Below the pieces are notes generated by a model. It had not been told where the DNA came from, ran no database searches, and worked only from the letters and a program-made list of their open reading frames with translations. The position numbers and the translations under genes are program-made. From Caldisericia bacterium (lineage in GTDB: Bacteria; Caldisericota; Caldisericia; JAAYUI01), in NCBI GenBank assembly GCA_963674785.1, contig OY771555.1, positions 1,952,001-2,016,000 of the forward strand: a stretch of DNA of 64,000 bases, given 5' to 3'. Each line of letters starts with the position of its first letter. Positions within the stretch are counted from its first letter, which is position 1. Of the stretch, positions 1 through 8,606 are shown piece by piece.

Positions 1-1
1 C

Positions 2-448
2 ACTGACGAAGTTGCAACAACAAGACTCAAGCTTTGGGTAAACACTGCAAAATTTGTCATCAATGACAAACAGGTTGATGACCTTGACCCAATGCCAACA
101 ACAAAATCTCCGCCACTTCCAGAGGCTCTCGCTGGAAACTCATACATGCCAGTAAGAGCGATCTTTGAGGCACTCGGTGCAACAGTCGGTTGGGATGGGG
201 ACGAAAGAAGAGTTGATGCAACACTTGGTGACACAGTCCTTCAACTCTGGATTGACAACTCAACTGCAAAGATTAATGGCAGTGAAGTCAAAATCCTCGG
301 TGCAGACGGTACAACAGTTCTCTATCCAACAATTGTTAACGGTAGAACGATGCTTCCACTGAGATTCGCATGTGAAGCACTTAAAGCAGATGTCAATTGG
401 ATTGCCGCAGAACAGGCAATTGAGATTGTTTATCCGTCTGAAAAATAA
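2..448 (+). CDS. 5'-truncated exported protein, C-terminal copper amine oxidase N-terminal-like (stalk) domain
   Basis: Open frame from nt 2 (TDEVATTRLKLWVN...) into ORF 92..448; motifs YMPVRAIFEALGATVGWD and PTIVNGRTMLPLRF; homologous to the C-termini of the next two genes. Confidence 0.85.
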   Translation, partial: TDEVATTRLKLWVNTAKFVINDKQVDDLDPMPTTKSPPLPEALAGNSYMPVRAIFEALGATVGWDGDERRVDATLGDTVLQLWIDNSTAKINGSEVKILGADGTTVLYPTIVNGRTMLPLRFACEALKADVNWIAAEQAIEIVYPSEK

Positions 449-480
449 TTTATCGCAAATTTCTAACTTCTAAATGTCAG

Positions 481-510
481 AAAACCCCCTGGTAATTCCA
501 GGGGGTTTTA
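481..510 (+). terminator. Intrinsic terminator
   Basis: AAAACCCCCTGG-TAATT-CCAGGGGGTTTTA hairpin followed by T-rich sequence. Confidence 0.85.
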
Positions 511-552
511 TCTTTTAAAGCTCTTAACAAAAATCGCCCCGATTTTGTATTG

Positions 553-580
553 TTAAAACCCATATAACAACCAATAATAT
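553..580 (+). promoter_or_regulatory. Candidate promoter of surface-protein array (TTAAAA-N16-TAATAT)
   Basis: Fits the 16-bp-spacer pattern seen across the window; weak -35; overlaps an imperfect inverted repeat at 524-556. Confidence 0.4.
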
Positions 581-610
581 TAGCATATTGAAAATTTAGG
601 GGGTGGTTGC

Positions 611-3586
611 ATGAAAAATAAATCGAATTGTTTAAACCCGAAACATTTTTTTGTCATCCTTTTATCAGTGTTTTTATTGATAACATTTTCCGGCATCCCC
701 GACTCAGCCGCTATTCTTGGCCCAGTTCATGTTGAAATGAATATCACAGCAGAAAGGCTCGGGGCATCAAGAGCTAACTCAGCAACATCATTTAAGATTT
801 ACATGCGACTCAATGAAAACATCGAAGTGAACGATTGGATCAAGGTTTGGTTTCCAATTGATGAAGCTTCATGTAATCCTGAAGATATCTGCGATGGGCC
901 TCTTGAAATCAAAGGTGAAGGTCTGGAACACCCGAGATTTGTTCCAAATGAAAAGTATTTTGAAAAATATCCAGAATCAGATGAGAAAGAGTTCACGAAA
1001 CTTTATGAAATCTTGGATGAATACACAGCAGAAGCAAGATTTTATGAATGCTCGGATTGCGATGATATTGAGGGAAAATGTCGAATAGTTCAAGATCCAT
1101 CCGGACTTGGATGTTGGATCATGGGAACAGTTTTACCAATACTACCGAAAGATGACCAAGAACGATTTTATCGAATAAACCAACTGGAATATTTAACTAG
1201 TATTGGATATTCTCCTTGTGGTGCTTGTGGACAAGGAGGTCTAAAACTTATCCAAACATGGAATGAAAGGTCTCTTCAGGCTAACTCAACCGTAAGCGTT
1301 GACGCCTGGAGACAAGGTTATAACCCAATTGATTATAACATATCAAAACGCACTGGAATCATAACTCCTGCAACACCGGGAAGATATCGTTTAAAGATTG
1401 CAACAAAGGCTGAGCCAACACCTGTTGAATCAGACTCATTTGTACTTCCCTGTTCAGAAATCACAAAACCGTTATTTACCTATGAAAGATACGCAAAGAA
1501 GGAATATGGAACATATTCAATTGATTTTGGTGTTGGTGAGGGTGGGGCACTTGATAAAGGTCGATCGAAAATAGCACTAGATTTCCCAGAATGTGTAAAC
1601 ATAAAAAAGGGATACTCACTCTACAAACATTTCAGTGTAAATGGTGTTCAAAGAAACTACAAAGACTCAGTCTTTGAGTTTGATGAGAAAAACAACATCG
1701 TATCATTTATAAGTCCTGTTGATATTGACAATATGGGTCATGTAACCATAACAATTGACGGAAAGCTATTTGAAAACAGTTGTGAAGAGCCATTTACTGT
1801 TTTTGTATCAACCAGCTCTGAACCAGAATTCATCGAATCCACACCACTTGAGATAACAATCATCGAGCCATATTTGGTTGAGATTTCAAATATATTCTTG
1901 AGTAATTATAGAGCGACAATGCCAACATCATTCGAATTCACGCTTGTACCTGACTTAGACGTCAAAGTAAATTCTGGTGATGAGATTGAAATACGACTAC
2001 CCGAGGGAACAATCCTACCTGAAAATCCAGGTATTGAAAAAATCAAATCTTCTCCGAATAAAATAACAAACATAAGGATTGATGATTCAACGGTTTTCTT
2101 GACCTTCGATGAGGACTTCAAATACCCAATACAAAACACAATTACTTTTGAAGAAGACTTTGGAATCATCAATACCAACAAACCAGATATATACAAACTA
2201 GAAGTAAAAATTTCTGGATCAGAAAAAGTATCATATTCAGAACCATTTACAATTCAAACACCCCCACTCATTACTGAACTCAAACTCCTCGACCCTGATG
2301 AACCTGATGGATGTGGTGGTTGGTATAGGACTCCACCAGTACTCTCACTTAAGTGCAGAAACCCAGATGCAAAAATCAGACTTTGGTATGATGACGATCC
2401 ACTTGATAAAGCAATTGTATACTCAGGACCAAAAAGACTTCACCCAGGCTCACAGAGACCAATCATTCACTTTCAAGCGATATATGGTGATGAGCTTGAA
2501 GAGCCACAAAGTATGCAGTTATTTATAGATACTGTCCCACCAGCAATTAAAACCATGCAACCCGGCGATGAAGTTGTATATACAAGCAAAGATTCTTTTA
2601 CGATTACGGGTAAGAGGGATTTTATCGAGATGCTTACAAATGGAGGGCCATCTCACCAGGTTGCGGATGGAGTACTCATCAAGGTTAATGATGGTGAGTA
2701 TACACAGATAATTGAACCAGAAATCTTTGCAGTCGCAGATAGAGACAGTGTTGAGTCAGAATGGGAACATGAAGTAGAACTTGTTGAAGGTGAAAACATT
2801 GTCACAATTCTTGGTCGTGACCAGGCATGTAATGAAGAGACATGGGTCAGAACAATCATCAGAGATACAACCGTTCCATACCTTGAATTATTTGGCTTAG
2901 TGGAGGGCGAAAGAGTTGAAAGAGAAAGCCCCATCAGATTTAGAGTCAAATCTGAATCAGATGCAATTGTTTATATAAACAAAGAAATCGCATCCATTGA
3001 AAAAGACTTGGGTGACGGAACATCGATTTTTTATGTTGACCTTGTTGTTCCAAAACATGACACAAGTATTACAATTCACGCTGAATCGATAGATAAAGCA
3101 AATAATTCCAACAGTATTATGGCAATATACTGGATAAATTATACACCGATAAGACTCAAGCTATGGATAAACTCTGCAAAGTTTTTCAAAAATGATGAGC
3201 AGATATCTGACCTCGACCCAATGCCGACAACAAAATCTCCACCTCTTCCAAAAGCCCTTGGAGGAAATACCTACATGCCAGTTCGATCGGTTCTTGAAGC
3301 AATTGGCGCAGATATTGAGTGGATAGGTGATGAAAGAAGAGTAGACATCAAATTAGGAGATGTCTCTCTTCAGCTTTGGATTGATAATCCGATTGCAAAG
3401 ATTAATGGCTTGGACAAAAAAATCGTTAGTGCAGATGGCAAGACTCAACTCTACCCAACAATCGTAAATGATAGAACCATGCTTCCATTGAGGTTTGCTG
3501 TTGAAACAGTAGGAGCTGATGTTAACTGGATTGCTGATGAACAGGCAATTGAGATTGTTTATCCATCGGACACTGTGGGGGATTAG
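611..3586 (+). CDS. Exported surface protein paralog 1 (991 aa): Cys-rich N-module, Ig-like repeats, C-terminal stalk domain
   Basis: Signal peptide; GPVHV...WFP...PRFVPNEKYF...WIMGTVLP...CGAC...AWRQGYNPID...AEPTPVESDSF module; DTxPP Ig linkers; C-terminal GNTYMPVR/DRTMLPLRF. Confidence 0.85.
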   Translation: MKNKSNCLNPKHFFVILLSVFLLITFSGIPDSAAILGPVHVEMNITAERLGASRANSATSFKIYMRLNENIEVNDWIKVWFPIDEASCNPEDICDGPLEIKGEGLEHPRFVPNEKYFEKYPESDEKEFTKLYEILDEYTAEARFYECSDCDDIEGKCRIVQDPSGLGCWIMGTVLPILPKDDQERFYRINQLEYLTSIGYSPCGACGQGGLKLIQTWNERSLQANSTVSVDAWRQGYNPIDYNISKRTGIITPATPGRYRLKIATKAEPTPVESDSFVLPCSEITKPLFTYERYAKKEYGTYSIDFGVGEGGALDKGRSKIALDFPECVNIKKGYSLYKHFSVNGVQRNYKDSVFEFDEKNNIVSFISPVDIDNMGHVTITIDGKLFENSCEEPFTVFVSTSSEPEFIESTPLEITIIEPYLVEISNIFLSNYRATMPTSFEFTLVPDLDVKVNSGDEIEIRLPEGTILPENPGIEKIKSSPNKITNIRIDDSTVFLTFDEDFKYPIQNTITFEEDFGIINTNKPDIYKLEVKISGSEKVSYSEPFTIQTPPLITELKLLDPDEPDGCGGWYRTPPVLSLKCRNPDAKIRLWYDDDPLDKAIVYSGPKRLHPGSQRPIIHFQAIYGDELEEPQSMQLFIDTVPPAIKTMQPGDEVVYTSKDSFTITGKRDFIEMLTNGGPSHQVADGVLIKVNDGEYTQIIEPEIFAVADRDSVESEWEHEVELVEGENIVTILGRDQACNEETWVRTIIRDTTVPYLELFGLVEGERVERESPIRFRVKSESDAIVYINKEIASIEKDLGDGTSIFYVDLVVPKHDTSITIHAESIDKANNSNSIMAIYWINYTPIRLKLWINSAKFFKNDEQISDLDPMPTTKSPPLPKALGGNTYMPVRSVLEAIGADIEWIGDERRVDIKLGDVSLQLWIDNPIAKINGLDKKIVSADGKTQLYPTIVNDRTMLPLRFAVETVGADVNWIADEQAIEIVYPSDTVGD

Positions 3587-3594
3587 ATGAAAAA
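2281..3594 (+). repeat. Degenerate direct repeat copy 1 (3' half of paralog 1)
   Basis: Aligns with 5257-6570 at a constant offset of 2976; near-identical blocks alternate with divergent patches. Confidence 0.85.
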
Positions 3595-6562
3595 AAATAT
3601 TTCTATTTTTTTGATTGCGATTATACTTTTGAGCTTTTCTGGAATCAAACCAACACTTGCCAATCTTGGCCCTGTCCATGTTCAGCTAAACATCACAGGT
3701 GAAAAACCAGGTAATGCAAGAGCAAACGCTGTCAATTCATTTATCATCTATGTTAGGTTCAATGTAGATATCGAGGCCCACGACTGGGTAAAGGTATGGT
3801 TTCCAACATATGAAGCTTCATGGGATGAGGAAGATATTTGTGATGGACTTCCTGAAATCAGAGGGGTTGGATTAGAGCATCCTAGGTTTGTCCCAAATGA
3901 AAAATATTTTGAAATATATAAAAATCAGGAAGAATTCGAAATCGGTAAACTCTACAAGATTTTAAATGAACACGATGTGGATACTGACTTTTATGAGCCA
4001 ACAGATTGCAAAGAGCTGAGTGAAAACTGCAGACTTAGAGCAGACCCCTCTGGTCTTGGATATTGGTTGATGGGAACGGTAATGCCATCTCTACCAAAAG
4101 ATCAATCAGATAGAAAAGAAAGAACCGCCCAAATAATATATACAACATATTTTGCGTACCCAACTTGTAGTGAATGCCAGGGATATCCAATAATGGTTCA
4201 AACCGAAAATGAGTGTTCATTCCAAAAAAATTCATATGTTGGAATTGAGGCATGGAGATCAGGGTACAATCCAATTGACTATCATTTCTCTAAGGCAACG
4301 GGAATCATTGCGCCTGCAACACCCGGAAGATATCGAATTAGAGTTGCAACCCAAGGCGAACCAACACCGGTTGAATCAGACTCATTTGTCCTTCCATGCT
4401 CTCAAATTTCGCAACCTGTTTTTGAATGTTATGAAAACTTCTTTGATAAAAAGAAGATTTATAATATCACCTTTGAAACAGGAGAGGGTGGTGCACTTGA
4501 TGCTGGAAACTCATTGATAAAAATCAAACTTCCTGAAGGACTCACTGCACCCAAAAAAACCCGCGGTAGGGAAGTTTTAGTCAATGGTGTACGTTGTAAA
4601 GCCGACATCAGATCAGAAACCTCTGAGGAAGGTACAATTGCCACAATCATCCCCTCCGTAAATGTTTCAAATCTAGGCTACGTGGAAATCACATTCTTTG
4701 ATAGTTTTTTCGGACATCATCTGACAGAAAGTGATGGTATCGAGGTTTTAACATCATCAGAGCCTGAATGGGTTAGCTCAGACAGTTTAATCTTTACACA
4801 CAAAGACCCATCAAAATTCATGATTGAAGATATTGTACTATCAAACAGCATTGGTTCTTATAAATCATCATATTTACTGAAGCTACTGTTTAATGATGAT
4901 TATGTAATCCCAAAAACAGACACAGTAGAGATTGATTTTCCAACTGGCACAATATTCCCAAAAGAACCGGATTCGGAATTTGTCAAAATCACACAAGGGA
5001 CAAAAAATGAATCAGGAAACATCAAAGACGGCAAGAATATTTTTGTGAAATCTTGCGAAACATCTGGCACAACAATCAAATTGATTTTGGGAAAAGAGCA
5101 TTATTTTTCCGATTATGTTGAAATCGAATTCATGGAGGATTTTGGGATAATCAATTCTGCAGAAAGAATCATCAAAAAGATGAAAGTCACAATTGCAGAC
5201 CACTCTGAAGAATCTGATTTCATTGAACTTTTACCACCTCCACTTGAAACCACACTCAAATTCCTCGACCCTGATGAACCAGACGGATGCAATGGATGGT
5301 ACAAAACTCCACCAGTATTATCTCTTTCATGCAGAAACCCAGATGCAATAATCAGAGTCTGGTATGATAACGATCCAATTGATAGAGCAATCATGTACTG
5401 GGAGCCAAGAAGACTTGCACCAGGTTCACAGAGACCAATCATTCACTTTCAAGCGATATATGGTGATGAGATTGAGGAGCCACAAAGTGTGCAGTTATTT
5501 ATAGATACTGTCCCACCAGCAATTAAAATCATGCAACCCGGCGATGAAATTGTATATACAAGCAAAGATTCTTTTACGATTACGGGCAAGAGGGATTTCA
5601 TCGAGATGCTTACAAATGGACAAACATATCATCAGGTTGCAGATGGAGTGTATATATCGAATAATCATGGTGAATATATTGAAATCTTGGAACCAACAAT
5701 CTTCAATGTGTTTAACCCTGAAGGAATCGCACAGGAATGGGAACATGAAGTAGAACTTGTTGAAGGTGAAAACATCATCACAATCCTTGGTCGTGACCAG
5801 GCATGTAATGAAGAGACATGGGTAAGAACGATCATCAGAGATACAACCGTTCCATACCTTGAATTCATCAGTCCAATTAAAGGTGAAAGATTAGAAAAGG
5901 ATAGCTTGGTTAGAATCAGAGTCAAATCTGAATCAGATGCAATTGTTTATATAAACAAAGAAATCGCATCCATTGAAAAAGACTTGGGTGACGGAACATC
6001 GATTTTTTATACTGAACTAATAATCCCAAAACAAGATACAATGATTACGATTTTAGCAGAGGCAACAGATAGAGCAAACAACGAAAGCTCTCATATGGCA
6101 GAGTTTTGGATTGATTACTCACAAACAAAACTCAAGCTATGGATAGACTCTGAAAAGTTTTTCAAAAATGATGAGCAGATATCTGACCTCGACCCAATGC
6201 CAACAACAAAATCTCCACCTCTTCCAAAAGCCCTTGGAGGAAATACCTACATGCCAGTTCGATCGGTTCTTGAAGCAATTGGCGCAGATATTGAGTGGAT
6301 AAGCAGCGAAAGAAGGGTAGATGTTAAGCTTGGGGATATAACACTTCAACTTTGGATTGATAATCCTGTTGCGAGAATAAATGGTTTGGACAAAAAAATC
6401 GTTCGTGCCGATGGAAAAACCCCACTCTACCCTACCATTGTAAATGATAGAACGATGCTTCCACTTAGATTTGCCTGTGAATCAGTAGGTGCAGATGTTA
6501 ACTGGATTGCAGATGGACATGCAATCGAGATTGTTTATCCATCGGACACTGTGGGGGATTAG
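3587..6562 (+). CDS. Exported surface protein paralog 2 (991 aa), same architecture as paralog 1
   Basis: Signal peptide; same N-module (CSECQGYP); C-terminal ~435 aa highly similar to paralog 1; TAG-ATG abutment with the previous gene. Confidence 0.85.
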   Translation: MKKNISIFLIAIILLSFSGIKPTLANLGPVHVQLNITGEKPGNARANAVNSFIIYVRFNVDIEAHDWVKVWFPTYEASWDEEDICDGLPEIRGVGLEHPRFVPNEKYFEIYKNQEEFEIGKLYKILNEHDVDTDFYEPTDCKELSENCRLRADPSGLGYWLMGTVMPSLPKDQSDRKERTAQIIYTTYFAYPTCSECQGYPIMVQTENECSFQKNSYVGIEAWRSGYNPIDYHFSKATGIIAPATPGRYRIRVATQGEPTPVESDSFVLPCSQISQPVFECYENFFDKKKIYNITFETGEGGALDAGNSLIKIKLPEGLTAPKKTRGREVLVNGVRCKADIRSETSEEGTIATIIPSVNVSNLGYVEITFFDSFFGHHLTESDGIEVLTSSEPEWVSSDSLIFTHKDPSKFMIEDIVLSNSIGSYKSSYLLKLLFNDDYVIPKTDTVEIDFPTGTIFPKEPDSEFVKITQGTKNESGNIKDGKNIFVKSCETSGTTIKLILGKEHYFSDYVEIEFMEDFGIINSAERIIKKMKVTIADHSEESDFIELLPPPLETTLKFLDPDEPDGCNGWYKTPPVLSLSCRNPDAIIRVWYDNDPIDRAIMYWEPRRLAPGSQRPIIHFQAIYGDEIEEPQSVQLFIDTVPPAIKIMQPGDEIVYTSKDSFTITGKRDFIEMLTNGQTYHQVADGVYISNNHGEYIEILEPTIFNVFNPEGIAQEWEHEVELVEGENIITILGRDQACNEETWVRTIIRDTTVPYLEFISPIKGERLEKDSLVRIRVKSESDAIVYINKEIASIEKDLGDGTSIFYTELIIPKQDTMITILAEATDRANNESSHMAEFWIDYSQTKLKLWIDSEKFFKNDEQISDLDPMPTTKSPPLPKALGGNTYMPVRSVLEAIGADIEWISSERRVDVKLGDITLQLWIDNPVARINGLDKKIVRADGKTPLYPTIVNDRTMLPLRFACESVGADVNWIADGHAIEIVYPSDTVGD

Positions 6563-6570
6563 ATGAAAAA
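5257..6570 (+). repeat. Degenerate direct repeat copy 2 (3' half of paralog 2)
   Basis: Aligns with 2281-3594; shared junction TCGGACACTGTGGGGGATTAGATGAAAAA. Confidence 0.85.
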
Positions 6571-8602
6571 TAGAACTATTGTATTTTTATTGTCTACCAT
6601 AATGTTGATTAGTTTTTGCACATCCTCAAAAACCTCCGCCATGCTCGGACCTGTTCATGTTGAACTCAATACAACACAGGAAAAATTTGGTGCAGCAAGA
6701 GCAAACAGCCAAACGGGCTTTAATATTTTTATGAGAATAAACGAAAACATCGAAGTTTTTGATTGGATAAAGATATGGTTCCCAACATATGAAGCATCAT
6801 GGGATTTAGATGATGTTTGTGATGGATTACCAGAAATAAAAGGTGAAGGACTCGAGCACCCAAGATTTATTCCGAATGAAAAGTATTTTGAAAAATATAA
6901 TAATCCAGAAGAAGAAAAGATTGGAAAACTTTATGAAGTTATCAGCCAATATGAATTGGATGTTGAAACGATTTTTACAAAGCCGGAACAATGTGAAAAG
7001 CCAGGCGAAAATTGTAGACTAATTGAAGACCCATCTGGACTGGGGTACTGGTTAATGGGGACAGTTTTACCACCACTTCCATACGATAATATCGATAGAT
7101 TTAAACTTTTGACAAAAATACTGTATAAGGATGTTTCAGCGGGATATACACCTTGTGATTGTATTGGCTACGTAAAACTCGTCCAAACTGAAAATGAAAG
7201 CTCATTAGAGCTTATAAGACAAAGTGGGGCTGAAGCCTGGAGACAGGGTTATAACCCAATCAATGTTAGTGTATATAAATCCGCTGGTATAATTTCTCCG
7301 GCAACGCCAGGAAGATATCGTCTAAAGATTGCCACCGCAGGAGAACCTGAACCTGTTGAGTCAGACTCATTTGTACTTCCTTGCTCAAAAATATCAAATA
7401 TAAATATAAAAAGGAATTCACCTTCAAGTTGGAACAAATCGGCATTGGATATTCATTTTGATGTTGGTGAGGGTGGGGCTTTAGATGCTGGGAATTCAAT
7501 GATTCACATTCAGTTCCCAGATGAATTTGAATTGCCTGAAAAGCTTGATAGAAGATATATCTATATTAATGATGTACAACTTATGAAGCTGACAAAGGTT
7601 GACACCGAATCAAACTCAATATCTCTTGTTTGTTCAGCAAATATTGAAAACACAGGTCATGCAAAAATCTCATTTCTAGATATCCTAGACTTGCAGTTTC
7701 CAAAAGAGAAAAAGAACTATGTATTCAAAATCAGCACATCATCAGAACCCGAAGAGGTCAAGGGGTTCTTTGACAATATATCTGAGGGTGAGAAATACTG
7801 GAAACAAATTCCAACAAATGTCAAAAAAAGGATTTTGAAAAATGAGGGGCTTGATGAATCATTGGCCTTTCAAAATATTGAAAACAACGATGATCTGGAA
7901 AAACTTGTAAATTCTCTCCAGTTTATTTCATGGGGTGTGAGGCCAGAAGTAAGCAGGGATTATTCAAGATTATTCTTCAATTTCTATGTGCCATATGAAA
8001 AGGAATATTTGCTTGCTTACCACAAAACAGGTGGGCAGGCACCCACAGCGTTTCTTGGTCCTGATTGTTGTCATTATGAACCAGGGTTTTCTGCAGATGA
8101 CCCATTTGACCCAAGGAAACCAGTTATCTATCCCGGGTTTGGCACAATCTATCCGTATTGTGATGTGATGATAAAAAGCTATAGACGGTGTTCTCACAAG
8201 GCATCAAAAACAATTCAACCGGGGAAAGATTACTTGATGATAATTATCGGTGGAGACCAGTGTGCAAGTGTGGGGTGCAAAAGCTTCAGGGAAGAGCACG
8301 ACACATTCTTCACATTCATTCCATCAGTTGAGTTTGAATCAGATTATACAAAAACATTCTCAAGGTTTTCAGAAATCTACCCACTGGAATTCAAACCAAT
8401 GTTGCCTAATGAATGCTGGCACTACACAAATGAACCTGGTTCAATATTTTTGTTTGAACATGACTGGAACAATAAAACTTTCAAGCTGTCGGTCGGCAAG
8501 ACACCTGGAGATTTTGAAATGTTTTTTGATCTCGATTTGAGCTTGACCGAATGGAATACTTGGCTTGATTATGTTTATCACATGAAGAAACTTGGGAGAT
8601 AG
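6563..8602 (+). CDS. Exported protein paralog 3 (679 aa): Cys-rich N-module, one Ig-like repeat, unrelated Cys-containing C-terminal domain
   Basis: Signal peptide; N-module (YTPCDCIGY, AWRQGYNPIN); no stalk domain. Confidence 0.8.
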   Translation: MKNRTIVFLLSTIMLISFCTSSKTSAMLGPVHVELNTTQEKFGAARANSQTGFNIFMRINENIEVFDWIKIWFPTYEASWDLDDVCDGLPEIKGEGLEHPRFIPNEKYFEKYNNPEEEKIGKLYEVISQYELDVETIFTKPEQCEKPGENCRLIEDPSGLGYWLMGTVLPPLPYDNIDRFKLLTKILYKDVSAGYTPCDCIGYVKLVQTENESSLELIRQSGAEAWRQGYNPINVSVYKSAGIISPATPGRYRLKIATAGEPEPVESDSFVLPCSKISNINIKRNSPSSWNKSALDIHFDVGEGGALDAGNSMIHIQFPDEFELPEKLDRRYIYINDVQLMKLTKVDTESNSISLVCSANIENTGHAKISFLDILDLQFPKEKKNYVFKISTSSEPEEVKGFFDNISEGEKYWKQIPTNVKKRILKNEGLDESLAFQNIENNDDLEKLVNSLQFISWGVRPEVSRDYSRLFFNFYVPYEKEYLLAYHKTGGQAPTAFLGPDCCHYEPGFSADDPFDPRKPVIYPGFGTIYPYCDVMIKSYRRCSHKASKTIQPGKDYLMIIIGGDQCASVGCKSFREEHDTFFTFIPSVEFESDYTKTFSRFSEIYPLEFKPMLPNECWHYTNEPGSIFLFEHDWNNKTFKLSVGKTPGDFEMFFDLDLSLTEWNTWLDYVYHMKKLGR

Positions 8603-8606
8603 ACAT

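Noticed and set aside
2281-6570. Diversity-generating retroelement (TR/VR pair)
   Set aside because: Mismatches between the copies are not adenine-specific (C/T, G/A and C/A all occur), both copies are coding, and no reverse transcriptase is in the window
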